64,000 nt of DNA from positions 42,594,001-42,658,000 of the forward strand of contig OX597815.1 of assembly GCA_951406725.2 (NCBI GenBank). Direction: 5' to 3'. This stretch comes from Octopus vulgaris. Taxonomy: Eukaryota. A program made the position numbers and the translations under genes. Below are positions 52,861-64,000 of the stretch, piece by piece (position 1 is the first letter of the stretch; the number at the start of each line of letters is the position of its first letter). The notes beneath the pieces were generated by a model, which did no database searches, was not told the DNA's origin, and saw only the letters and a program-made list of their open reading frames with translations.

Positions 52861-53461
52861 GTATAGGACCATTATGAAGCAGTTATACAATTTTAAGTAT
52901 ACATTAATATGTAGAAAAAGTAAGTGAAAAAAATGTGTATTTTAAATAGAATTAACTATGCTCACCATGATTCCATACGTAGACGATAATCAATCTAGAA
53001 CTACACTTTGCAGCTGATATTTATGCTCTAAAGCTTACTAATTGTCTTAGATAAATTTTATCGAATGAGCTATCTTTGAAAAAGCATTCGTTTTAAACAA
53101 GACCCTATAAATTAGAATTGAAACTGTAATCAAAGATTAAAATCAATGATCGGTGATGATAACAGTTATAAGGTCTTTACTGATGACTATAAAATGAATG
53201 CGTTAGTGTTGTAGAGTTGTATCAGGAGTTAATACTATCATATGTGGAATTAAAGTCACACAATTTAGGAATCCAAACTCCAATATTTGTCTAAATTCAA
53301 AATCGTCCTAGGATTTCACAGTGTATGTATTTTTCTTTGCGTTTTATTGAAGTTTTATTAAGTTATTTTTAAGCGACGTCGGTCGGTAACAAAATGACAA
53401 GACTTTTCGCGTTCTCGGTGTTTGCAAATATTTGGTTGAATGCTTGCATGTGCATATGTTT

Positions 53462-53503
<42 letters not shown>

Positions 53504-54365
53504 ATTAGAAGAAATAAGGTAGTCAGAAATCTGGATGGTTTTATATTTACAGATTTTTATGTCACAGGTTTTTATAACTTATACATTAGCGCTTGCATCC
53601 AATCTGGTGGATTCTTCAGATTTGAATTTTTTAGGAGATTTGTCTCTTTCTATAGTATTATTGAGTGTTTAGGGGTTGGGAGAGATATAGGATAGTAAAA
53701 GAAAAATGTATATATATATATACATAATACAGGTCCACACGTATGAAGTCCTCGTAATACTTTAAATTATATGATGCGTACATATAGATGAGAGCGTATA
53801 TATGAATGTTTGTACAATTTTGTCTCTTCCAAAAACATTCTTTGGTAATATGGAAGAGAGAGGCAAGATGAATATCATACATGTAACCAAATATTCATTG
53901 TGGCGTGTTAGAGAGCAAGAAACTGAGAGAACATGTAGAAAAGGTTATAGCAATTGGTATACATTTCTTGCCATTAGAAAAAGAACCGGTTTTTTTAGAT
54001 CTAAAGCTACTTTTTTGGAATTTCAACAACATCAACAGGTTCATTTTTTATATATGCGTGTATATGTGGGGTATTTGGAGTCAGTGCATGTGTGGATTTG
54101 CAATGTATGTATGCATACATGTATGTATGTATGTATGTATGTATGTATGTATGTATGTATGTATGTATGTATGTATGTATGTGTGTATGTATGTATGTAC
54201 TATGCATGTATGTATGTATGTATGAATGTATACAGACATAGGCATGTATGCAAGTGTATAAATGCATACAGGCATATATATGCGTGTGTGTGTATTTATA
54301 TGAATGCATGCATCTATTCATGTGAATGTATATATCTATACTTGCTTATCTATCTATCTATCATG

Positions 54366-54396
<31 letters not shown>

Positions 54397-54577
54397 CAAG
54401 CATACACACATATACTCGCATGTATATATAGGCACATATAACTGCCCATGAATGCATGTATATATTCAAAAATATGCATACATTTACGCGTTTATGTTTT
54501 GCCTTTATGCAGGACACACTTACACAACACACTTGGATGCATAGCGCTGATTACACACAAATCCATACATATGTATA

Positions 54578-54628
<51 letters not shown>

Positions 54629-55551
54629 GTGCATAAACACACATGCACACGCACACACAAACACCTACACATGCATACACACTTATATATATATATATAT
54701 GTTTTCTTTAAATGAATTCTGTATAGCCTGGCGCCGCACTTCAACTTGGAAAATCAGGTTTTCTGAATGGAAATTAGATAACAACAGCGTAATGTGACAC
54801 GCAGAACATTAAAGTCTTTTATAGCCTAACATTTCTACTCATGCATTTATTTGAGCATATATGCATATATGCATACGTATGTCTTTAGAAATCTCTAGAA
54901 ATGCATATATACAATAAACGTGCTTTTTGGCCTGATACATCGAGACGACTGAGGAATCCATTCAATCGATCTCCATTCTTTGGGCTTCGTTCCTTCCTCC
55001 ATTCCTTCTTTTCTGACTTCCTTCCTTCCTTCTTTCCTTCCTGCCTCCCTTTCTTCCGTCCTTCCTTCCTTTTCTTTCTTTCTTTCCCTTTAGGCTATGG
55101 TATAATATTTGCCGTCTCCTTCCATGTTTTGAAATAGTTGTATGAAGTCTTAGATGTAGGTGGCCGATTCGGGATGTTATAGGATGTTATATAGAGTTTG
55201 AATATCTCAGCAGGGTTTTGTTGATATTTTTGGAAGTACATTGTAGAATTACAGGCCTTTTAAATTTCAAATTGTTGCTTTGTAGGCTGCTGCTTGTGTA
55301 CAAAAATTTGGAACAAGAGTTTCAAGAAAAGCACACACACATACACACAGACACACACAAACACACACACACATGATGATGATGATGATGATGATGATTA
55401 TATATATAAAATTTCAAATAAGGGTTACAAACTTCATTAAGGGATAATAAAATCCAATGAATATACTCGTTTTATTACCTATTACAAGAACAGTTGAATA
55501 TTACAATTAAAATTCAACAGTAGGTAATTGGATAAACCGGCGTTTATATAT

Positions 55552-55701
55552 ATTTTAAGAAAATACGAAAACAGAGATAATTAAATTGATAATTATTTAT
55601 TAATTATAATGAGATTAATTATATGGAGATGATATCCTATTTTATAATTAATAAATAATTATTAGTTTAATTATCTATGTTTTTTCTTATTTTCTTAAAA
55701 T
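55552..55701. repeat. AT-rich inverted repeat (about 58-bp arms, about 32-nt spacer)
   Basis: ATTTTAAGAAAATACGAAAACAGAGATAATTAAATTGATAATTATTTATTAATTATAA matches the reverse complement of 55642-55701. Confidence 0.8.
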
Positions 55702-55732
55702 TATATATATATATATACAGGAATACATACAT

Positions 55733-55799
<67 letters not shown>

Positions 55800-55919
55800 T
55801 ATAATATCATAATATTATTCGTGAATGTTATTTAGTAGAAATAAGACGCCAACACCAATGGATCTTCATTTGCGAACAAAACGTGAACGTGGTTGGAATT
55901 CTTCTCCCTCCCTCTCCTG

Positions 55920-55978
<59 letters not shown>

Positions 55979-56032
55979 TATATACATATGTATATATAAT
56001 AGAAATATTATATATAATAGAAATATATATAT

Positions 56033-56418
56033 ATAATAGAAATATTAAAATTACTAAGTCTCTCTAAAGGAGATTACGGCAGCCTTACTGGAAATTAATA
56101 GTTATCGCCATACTAATATGGCAGTCTTATAAATATAAGACTAAAGCTGTCGCTGATTAGCTCCAAGAGGCCACCGCCTCAAGCTAGCTATTTGACACAC
56201 GAACCTGCGTCCCATACAAATTTTCGAACAAGGGAGGTCAGCCGCTTCATCCTGCCAGTCAGACAGCTACAGACGTTTCAGGGTTGTTGCCCCTTATCAA
56301 TGCAGCGTAGTCAGACTTGCAGGTGTCGCTACTGATCGTCCCAGTTCGAAGGCTTTATTTACCTAGTTTCAGTGGAATACATCCACTTGTTTTCAATAAT
56401 AGAAATATTAAAATTACT
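56033..56418 (-). mobile_element. candidate non-LTR retrozyme / Penelope-dependent element: 363-bp unit plus 23-bp terminal redundancy
   Basis: ATAATAGAAATATTAAAATTACT at 56033-56055 and 56396-56418; contains a type I hammerhead; no convincing ORF; abuts (TA)n. Confidence 0.65.
56251..56323 (-). ncRNA. type I hammerhead ribozyme (U3-A8 core variant)
   Basis: Minus strand: stem I GCUGCA/UGUAGC, core UUGAUAA, stem II GGGG-CAACAA-CCCU, GAAA, palindromic stem III AC/GU, GUC cleavage triplet; stem I extends via GAC/GUC, AGUC/GACU and CCUGC/GCAGG. Confidence 0.75.
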
Positions 56419-56825
56419 TTCTCATGTTATTCACACACACAAACGCTCACATATACAGCTCATGCGCTCCACTTGCTTATGCAAAGCATAGGGCGTTTTC
56501 TCAATTCTACATACATACTCATATAAAAGCACATAACCTGCTGCCCTAATATGCTCAATTTCAGTTACGAATACACTTTTATAGTTTCATATACTCACCT
56601 CCTCCTACTTTCTTAACCTCGAATTTCGGCTACATCCCGACACGGTTCCTAACTCTTCAGCAACTTCATCTGTGATTGGCCATTCCTCCGTCGCATTCTG
56701 ATGAAGAAATAATAGCAGAAATATTAATAATCTCTCTTTCCATTATATCGTTAAGCTAACACCTTACTTATCAAACATTGTTCCTCTTATGTTGTCTTTG
56801 TTATTCTCCATTGCGTGTACACTAA

Positions 56826-56879
<54 letters not shown>

Positions 56880-57067
56880 CCATTATGATTGACCGCTAGC
56901 TCTAAAAGTTTTTTTTTTCATTCTCTCTGTTTATTTCCTCGTGTTCCTTTCTGTTGAAGAGTGTAGGCTCGAAACGTAAAAGACTTTATCACCTTCCCGA
57001 CGTTAAACTAATACACCTGTTTGTTGTTTATACACCTGGCTTTGTTATTTTTCTGTAAATTTCAACA
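56880..57067 (+). mobile_element. Penelope-like short repeat with minimal hammerhead motif
   Basis: cttt-CTGTTGA-agagt gtag gctc-GAAA-C-GTA-aaag at 56947-56982; homologous to 28685-28885. Confidence 0.65.
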
Positions 57068-57115
57068 TACATATATATATATATGTGTGTATATATATAT
57101 ATATATGTCTTTATA

Positions 57116-57157
<42 letters not shown>

Positions 57158-57204
57158 CATATATATACGTATATATATATGTATATATATACATATATAT
57201 ATAC

Positions 57205-57237
<33 letters not shown>

Positions 57238-57323
57238 CATATATATATATTTATATTTATACATATATAGATATACATATATTGCTTCTTTCTCGCGTAT
57301 ATAGATATACATATATTTATATG

Positions 57324-57367
<44 letters not shown>

Positions 57368-57423
57368 TGTATACATATGTATATATATATATGTATACAT
57401 ATATGTGTATATATATATATATA

Positions 57424-57826
57424 CTCTTTTACTCTTTTACTTGTTTCAGTCATTTGACTGCGGCCATGCTGGAGCACCGCCTTTAGTCGAGCAAATCGAC
57501 CCCGGGACTTATTCTTTGTAAGCCCAGTACTTATTCTATCGGTCTCTTTTGCCGAACCGCTAAGTGACGGGGACGTAAACACACCAGCATCGTTTGTCAA
57601 GCAATGCTAGGGGGACAAACACACACACACACACAAACACACATATATACATATATATGCATATATACGACAGGCTTCTTTCAGTTTCCGTCTACCAAAT
57701 CCACTCACAAGGCATTGGTCGGCCCGGGGCTATAGCAGAAGACACTTGCCCAAGATGCCACGCAGTGGGACTGAACCCAGAACCATGTGGTTGGTTAGCA
57801 AGCTACTTACCACACAGCCACTCCTG
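57424..57826 (-). mobile_element. full-length SINE family C
   Basis: Near-identical to 18797-19200. Confidence 0.85.
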
Positions 57827-57987
57827 CGCCTATTCATATCTATATGAATATATATATGCATATGTGTATATATATGAACCAGTTGTTGAGTGTCCCACCC
57901 AAGAGAAGTCAATGCTAGATGTGTCGAAACAATTGTGATTAATAATAAATTTTCGTATATTCCGTATTCTTTGCCACACACACACAT

Positions 57988-58035
<48 letters not shown>

Positions 58036-58354
58036 GTGTGTATGTATGGGTGTGTAAAACAGTCTTATTAACCAGCGAAATGATCTACAACATGAATGCC
58101 GTCAACTAAGTGAATTCCTAATTCAATTACATTCGTCTGAAACATCATATGTTATGAAGAATTCAGGTATCAATAGAGTGATAAAATAAGAAATAAATTC
58201 TGTTGAGAAATATACTAATTCATTTTGTGAACCCAATTTGTACTCTATCAACTCTCGAAACCAAGTTCATTTACAGTTTCCGCTGCGAAATTATTTCATT
58301 TCTATCAACAATGTCTGTTTGAAAAGTCTAGGTATCTTCTTTCCTGCATATATA

Positions 58355-58545
58355 TTGGTTTCAAATTTTGGCACAAGGCCAGCAAATTCTGGGGGAGGGG
58401 GAAGTCAATTAAATCGACCCCAATGTTCAACGGGTACGTTTTAAATCGACCCCGAAAGAATGAAAGGCGAAGTCAACATCGGCGGAATTAGAACTCAGGA
58501 CGTAAAGAGTGCAGCTTATCATTTTGCCCGATTCTGCCAGCTCGT
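58355..58545 (-). mobile_element. SINE family A copy (another at 59255-59415)
   Basis: TTGGTTTCAAATTTTGGCACAAGGCCAGCAA...ATCGACCCCGAAAGAATGAAAGGC. Confidence 0.75.
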
Positions 58546-60129
58546 TCACTTTCTTTCATATTGTTTCTCATAACTGATACTGAAGCAGCGGAATCATGGG
58601 ATATATGCCTGACGCATTTTTTTCAATGATTTCACATAACCACCCGCTGCTTCTGCATCTGTTATATTTAATACTACCAACTGGTCCTTTAGTGTTTTTA
58701 TTGAGGCTTACACTGAATCAAGCAAATAATTGAGCCAAATACTCGGCTCTTTCACTATTGTATTATTTCTGCAGAAATTCACGCATATATGTTCAGACTG
58801 TGTATCATTACATTAATACCAAATATCTGAGGTGCCGTGCAATGGTCATAAATAGTCCACGTTCCTTATGATCAAATCGTGATTTAGTGTAAACGATTTA
58901 TTGTTTTACCTATCTGTAAGTTTAGTTCTTTAGTTCCTATAAACTATTACTATGATGTACTTAATCTTGGCAGACTGGGTTAATTTTTATTTTACATAAA
59001 TTCATTATGAGGTTTCTTTTTTTGAATCGGACTCGTTTGAGCTCAGGTCAGTTAAGTGAGTAAAAGATATATCTTCTGGGATGATATACAAATCGATTCC
59101 AAATTTGCTTCTCATTAAGATTATGAATCAATGACATGTGCAAGTCAACTTCTGCATCAAACTGAAAATCAGTTCTGTTGTTCCCATCTTGTTGCTGATC
59201 TGGTGTATATTTTATGGGTTACAAGTAAGTTTCACCAGAAATATTTGGTATGTAATATCCTTTCTGCTATAAGTACAAGGCCTGATATTTTGCGGGGAAG
59301 GAGCTGGTTGATTGCATGAATCGCAGTGCTCAACTGGTACTCAATTTATCGATCTCGAAAGGATGAAAGACAAAGTTAACCTCGGCTTCATAGCTATTCT
59401 GTCAGCTCGCTGCCTTTATTTGGTACTTAACCTCGACAGTTAGGTGATCAAATCCCTGTAGAATTAAATGCCATTTATAGAGATATAATAATACACGTGT
59501 ATTGGATAGGAAACCTTGAACGCCTTATTCATATGGGTTACTCACCTCCTTAAAAAATAAGTATGTCATACTTAAAATTTTCTAGTCTTTTCAGTGAATA
59601 TACCCAATATCTGTGTGTGAATGGAACTAAATTTGAAATTTCAGTCGTCTTATTATATTGTATTCAATGTCCATTATTTTCGTAGAACTTTTGGAAAAAA
59701 AAAAGCACCTACCATTCCACACAAAATTCGAAGCAAAACTGAGCTCCTGTTTGCTTTGTTTTCCTTTTTATGAGTTTCATCAACAAGATATGAGAACAAG
59801 TCGGGAAATTTTGTTGATTAACATAATTTTTGCTATCGTTTTTCACGTAATTTGATACTGCCATGCAATGTAGAGAATAAATATCCCAACAAAATGATCA
59901 GTCTTGCGTAGGTGTCATGGATACAGTCTCCTTAGCATTTTACTTACTCAGCATTTTATGTACCTCTAACTTAATTTATAGCTTTCATCTTGATCTATAT
60001 ATTTTTGAAAATTCTTATATACTATTATGGAATATCATATCCATAGGCAATAAAGATGTTTTCCTCCGCTTTATTTTAAAATATTTTGCTTTCCTTGCAC
60101 AATATATTTTCTTTCCTTTCAATATATAT

Positions 60130-60860
60130 AGAAAATATAGAAATATTATTGCTAGATATCACGAGGTATTGTTGTTGATAAAACGATATATTATAATCAG
60201 ATACTTTACGATATAGAAGTTTAGGATCTGAAGATGCTGTAGCTAAATATCGTCTAATATTCTAGTTTGACATGTTGAGTGTTGCTAGATATTAAAATAT
60301 AGTAGTTACATATCAATATGTATTAGGTATCGCGGCATATTATTAGATATCATGATATATTGCAATTATATATCGAAAGATATTTAAGCGAGGTATTTTG
60401 AAGCATCGTAGTAAGATGTTGATTTTCAACGAAGACACAAGATCTCACACTGTAGAGAAAGGTAATGCCAATGAAACTGATTCCAATAATTCATTGGTAC
60501 TTATGTTTCGAATCCCAAAAGGATGTAAGTCTAAATCAACCTTGATAGCAATTGAACTCGAAGCGTAAAAGGCTGTAACTAAATACAAAAAAGTATCTTG
60601 TACGACGCTCTAATGATTTTGTCAATCCTAGACTCTTATCAAAGTAAGATTATAATAGTTAAATTTGGTAATATATTGCTGTTAGATATTCTGAGATATT
60701 GCAATCAAATATTGCAAAATTGTGTTATTAGATATCAAGAACTATTGTTAAATAGATATTGCACATTAATGCTGTTAGATTGTAAGAACTAATGTAGTTA
60801 GATAAACTTGAATTATTGTAGTTAAACATGATGAAATTTTAATAGACATTGCAATGCATA
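60130..60860. repeat. degenerate about 23-bp minisatellite (core TATTG..GTTAGATATC), interrupted by a SINE A relic
   Basis: Recurrent TTGCTAGATAT, TATTAGATATC, GTTAGATATT and AATAGATATT motifs at roughly regular spacing. Confidence 0.55.
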
Positions 60861-60869
60861 AATCAGTCG

Positions 60870-61340
60870 TTATTGTATCAAGAAATCTGATGTCTTTCTC
60901 TCGGATAAAATAAGTGGGAGGGATTAGCAAAGTTTGAGACTGCAATAATGTAAGGTAGAAATATAGTAAAGAGGAAGTGTGTAAGCAGATAGGAGATAGA
61001 GAAGTTCGACAAAGAATGTCAAATGAATGCGATTCCACAAACTTTGGTTCTATTTCATTAATTTAGATGGATCGATCCTCACTACCAGAATATCTGACAT
61101 TTCCTGAAACAGGACACATTATAAAGGCGCTTGCCTGATCACTGCATTGAAAACATTCTGAGATACTTCACTAGTTTTCAAATGGTTTATAAGTAACTTT
61201 GATGCACTACAGGTGGGGATTGCTAAGTGATACAATGTATTGTTGTCATTGCAATATGCAAGTTAAGCGTTCAACCGAGTCAAGTACATTTATTCAATTT
61301 CCTCCTGTGAGATTATTTGTAGATGACACTAGCATAAGAA
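60870..61340 (+). mobile_element. HERO/NeSL-like LINE RT fragment, highly degenerate
   Basis: FPPVRLFVDDTS (cf. LPPIRAFMDD catalytic motif), with LQVGIA and NFGSI relics upstream. Confidence 0.45.
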
Positions 61341-62739
61341 CAGGAGACCCCTTACCGCGTAGTTTTACATTATGGGAAAGAAAAGCAGTATCAGATAATT
61401 ATTTATACTTTACTGTACGTAAGGGAACAAATCTATTATCTTGATAGTATAAGTGTAGGATTCAATGAGTGTGTTACATCTTCATTATATTCAAAAGCAA
61501 GCAAAGAAGAAAATCAATTTAATGAAACCATTTAAAATAATGTTGACATGTGGGTGTTGGGGCAATATTTCTTTTCACACAATTTAGCCATGTGTATTCA
61601 GGAAAACCGAGTCAATTACGGATTCGATGACGTTGCAGTTATACAATTTACATAATTTCACTTACATATTCAAGTAAAATGCACGAACATAATTTTCTAT
61701 CTCGCTAGGGCACGAAATGTTATTTAGATGTGTCTGTGAACTCTAACCAAGCTCTGATAAATCAGGCCTTGGGTCAAGATCGTTTCATTTATGATCATCA
61801 TGACATTTTTGAAAGACTTAGAACTATAGAATCCTCTGTATCTTTACATTTTGAAGATAATAAATTACGATTTAAGGATATTTCATTGCTAATCTTACAA
61901 ATAGAACACCCACATACAAGCTCGGACGTATGATAGTTTGTGCTGTAAACAAAGCTAGAATGAATGAAATGAAATTTTTAATTAAGGTATTTTTTTCATA
62001 TTGTGAAGACGTTATATTTATTTGAAAGACACAAAAGGCTTTTTAAATACATGCGTGAACAAATCTGCATCGACTGTGATGCGGTAAACAATATTAACAG
62101 GCAATAGTGTTTTCGACGAAAGAATATACATTGTCAAGTCTTACTTTTTACATTTAAATTTTGAAAAAGTTTATTTTCCCTTAGTTAGGTGTTAGATCAA
62201 TATGAAAATATTAAAAAGTAGCAAATCTGTATTTAAATACGCTAAAAGATTGTATACCCACTATTTTTGTTGTTGTTCTTATGCAATTTGCCTTAATATT
62301 ATTTAAACATTTTAAACGTCGTATTATTATTCATACCGTTTCTGTTTCTTATTCCAAACGTCTATACGTATCATTATACTTTAAGCTGATGGATAAAAGT
62401 CTGAATTGGTGGAAACTGATATAATTATGAATAAAATCTGAATATTTTTATAGATAAAGTGAACAAAAACATTTTAATGACATTTTTTACATAAATTTCA
62501 TAATTTACTTAGATAAACCACTTAATAACGAATGAATCTTAAATATAAAGTCGTTGCAGCATGGTGTCTTTGAATAGGTACGTAGTGATTGTAGAGTATG
62601 AAGTTGTCACTACTACGGCTTTGCTCCCTTTCTAAAGAACACTGAGTTTAGCATTGATTATTGAGTATCTCCTTTATTCGTATACATACGTATACATTTG
62701 TGCATATATATATGTATGTATATATATATATATAACAAT

Positions 62740-63276
62740 CTTTTTTACTACAGGCCTAAAGCCTGAAAATGATTTTGTGGAAAGTGGGTTGAATGGTACT
62801 TATTTTATCGATTCCGAGAGGATGGAAGGTAAAACCTCAGCGGAATTTGAACGCAGAGCGTAAAGACGGACGAAAAGCCGCTAAGTACTTCGTCCAGCTT
62901 TTCTTTTCTCCTACAGGCACAAGGCCTGAAATTTGTGGGGAGGGGGTAAGTCGATTTCATTGATCCCGGTGTTTCACTGGTATATAATTCATCGAACCCC
63001 GAAAGGATGAAAGGCAAAGTCGACCTCGGTGGAATTCCAACTCAGATCGTAGCGGCAGACGAAATACCTATTTCTTTACTACCCACAAGGGGCTAAATAC
63101 AGAAAGGACAAACAAGGACAGACAACCAGTGAGTAACTGGTGCTTAATTTATCGACCCCGAAGGGATGAAAGGCAAAGTCGACTTCGGCGGAATTTGAGC
63201 TCAGAACGTAACGGCAGACGAAATACAGCAAAGCATTTCGCCCGGCGTGCTAACGTTTCTGCCAGCGCGCCGCCTT
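62740..63276 (-). mobile_element. SINE family A cluster including a dimer with mixed tails
   Basis: Unit 63069-63276, junction GAAATACC|TATTTCTTTACT at 63068/63069, second unit 62900-63068 ending in a different tail; older copy at 62740-62898. Confidence 0.8.
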
Positions 63277-63689
63277 AAGTACTTTCAACCTTTCTTCTGC
63301 TGGAAATACGAGTTGGGTTTATAATGCATAAGAGAAGTCTATCATTGAACATCGCTATCACTGTCATCTAAACTGGTTACTTGCTACTGTTAATAACTGT
63401 GCTTTTATATTATTATTATGAATGTGATACTTGCCACAGCAAATAACATAAAATTTAGTGGAGACGAATCTTATTTCCATGTCCATAGTTTACATAATGT
63501 TTGCACATCAGTTTGTTTCATTGGAAACAGCAATATTATTCTTTCACCATGTAGATTTTATCATTTGAATTTCTAAATCCATATTGAATCAGGCGCAAGT
63601 AAAATTTCCAGGACAACACGTATTAGAACAGCACGTATTTCACACGTAAGCACAATCATGCATATCTATACTCACACCAATGCATATGC

Positions 63690-63772
<83 letters not shown>

Positions 63773-63833
63773 CCTGTCTGTCTGTCTGTGTCTATATATT
63801 TTTAATATGTAGGTATGTATACACACACACATG

Positions 63834-63868
<35 letters not shown>

Positions 63869-64000
63869 GGTTAATGAGAGACGGAAGATGGAAGATACGA
63901 GAGTTTTTATTCGTCACTACAATTGTTTCCACACATCTAGCATCGGTCCTTCACGAGTGGATACTTAACAACTGGTTCAGGAGCATCCGACGGTGCAGAT

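Overview
AT-rich, gene-poor eukaryotic DNA, saturated with (TA)n, (CA)n, (TATC)n, (GA)n and (TAA)n microsatellites and three abundant tRNA-derived SINE families. The repeat content strongly suggests an Octopus (coleoid cephalopod) genome, which is inferred rather than searched. The only host-gene candidate is a + strand first coding exon at 8705-9135, preceded by TATA/Inr-like motifs, with a possible alternative first exon ending at 34987; most of the window would then be intron. Transposon relics include a Gmr1-type Ty3/gypsy (SCAN-like gag, PR-INT order) cut by an antisense L1/Tx1 ORF2 fragment, a gag-only Mag-type LTR element with a tRNA-Ser PBS, an ORF1-only Tx1-like retroposon sharing its 3' tail with a SINE, RTE, RTE-X and HERO/NeSL-like LINE fragments, a complete non-autonomous Helitron, and mariner, Tigger and hAT MITEs. 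The most notable signal is a 363-bp terminally redundant unit (56033-56418) carrying a well-formed type I hammerhead ribozyme with a U3-A8 compensatory core, a candidate non-LTR retrozyme/circRNA. Further Penelope-type minimal hammerhead repeats lie nearby. Nearly all ORF-track entries are microsatellite or SINE artefacts.
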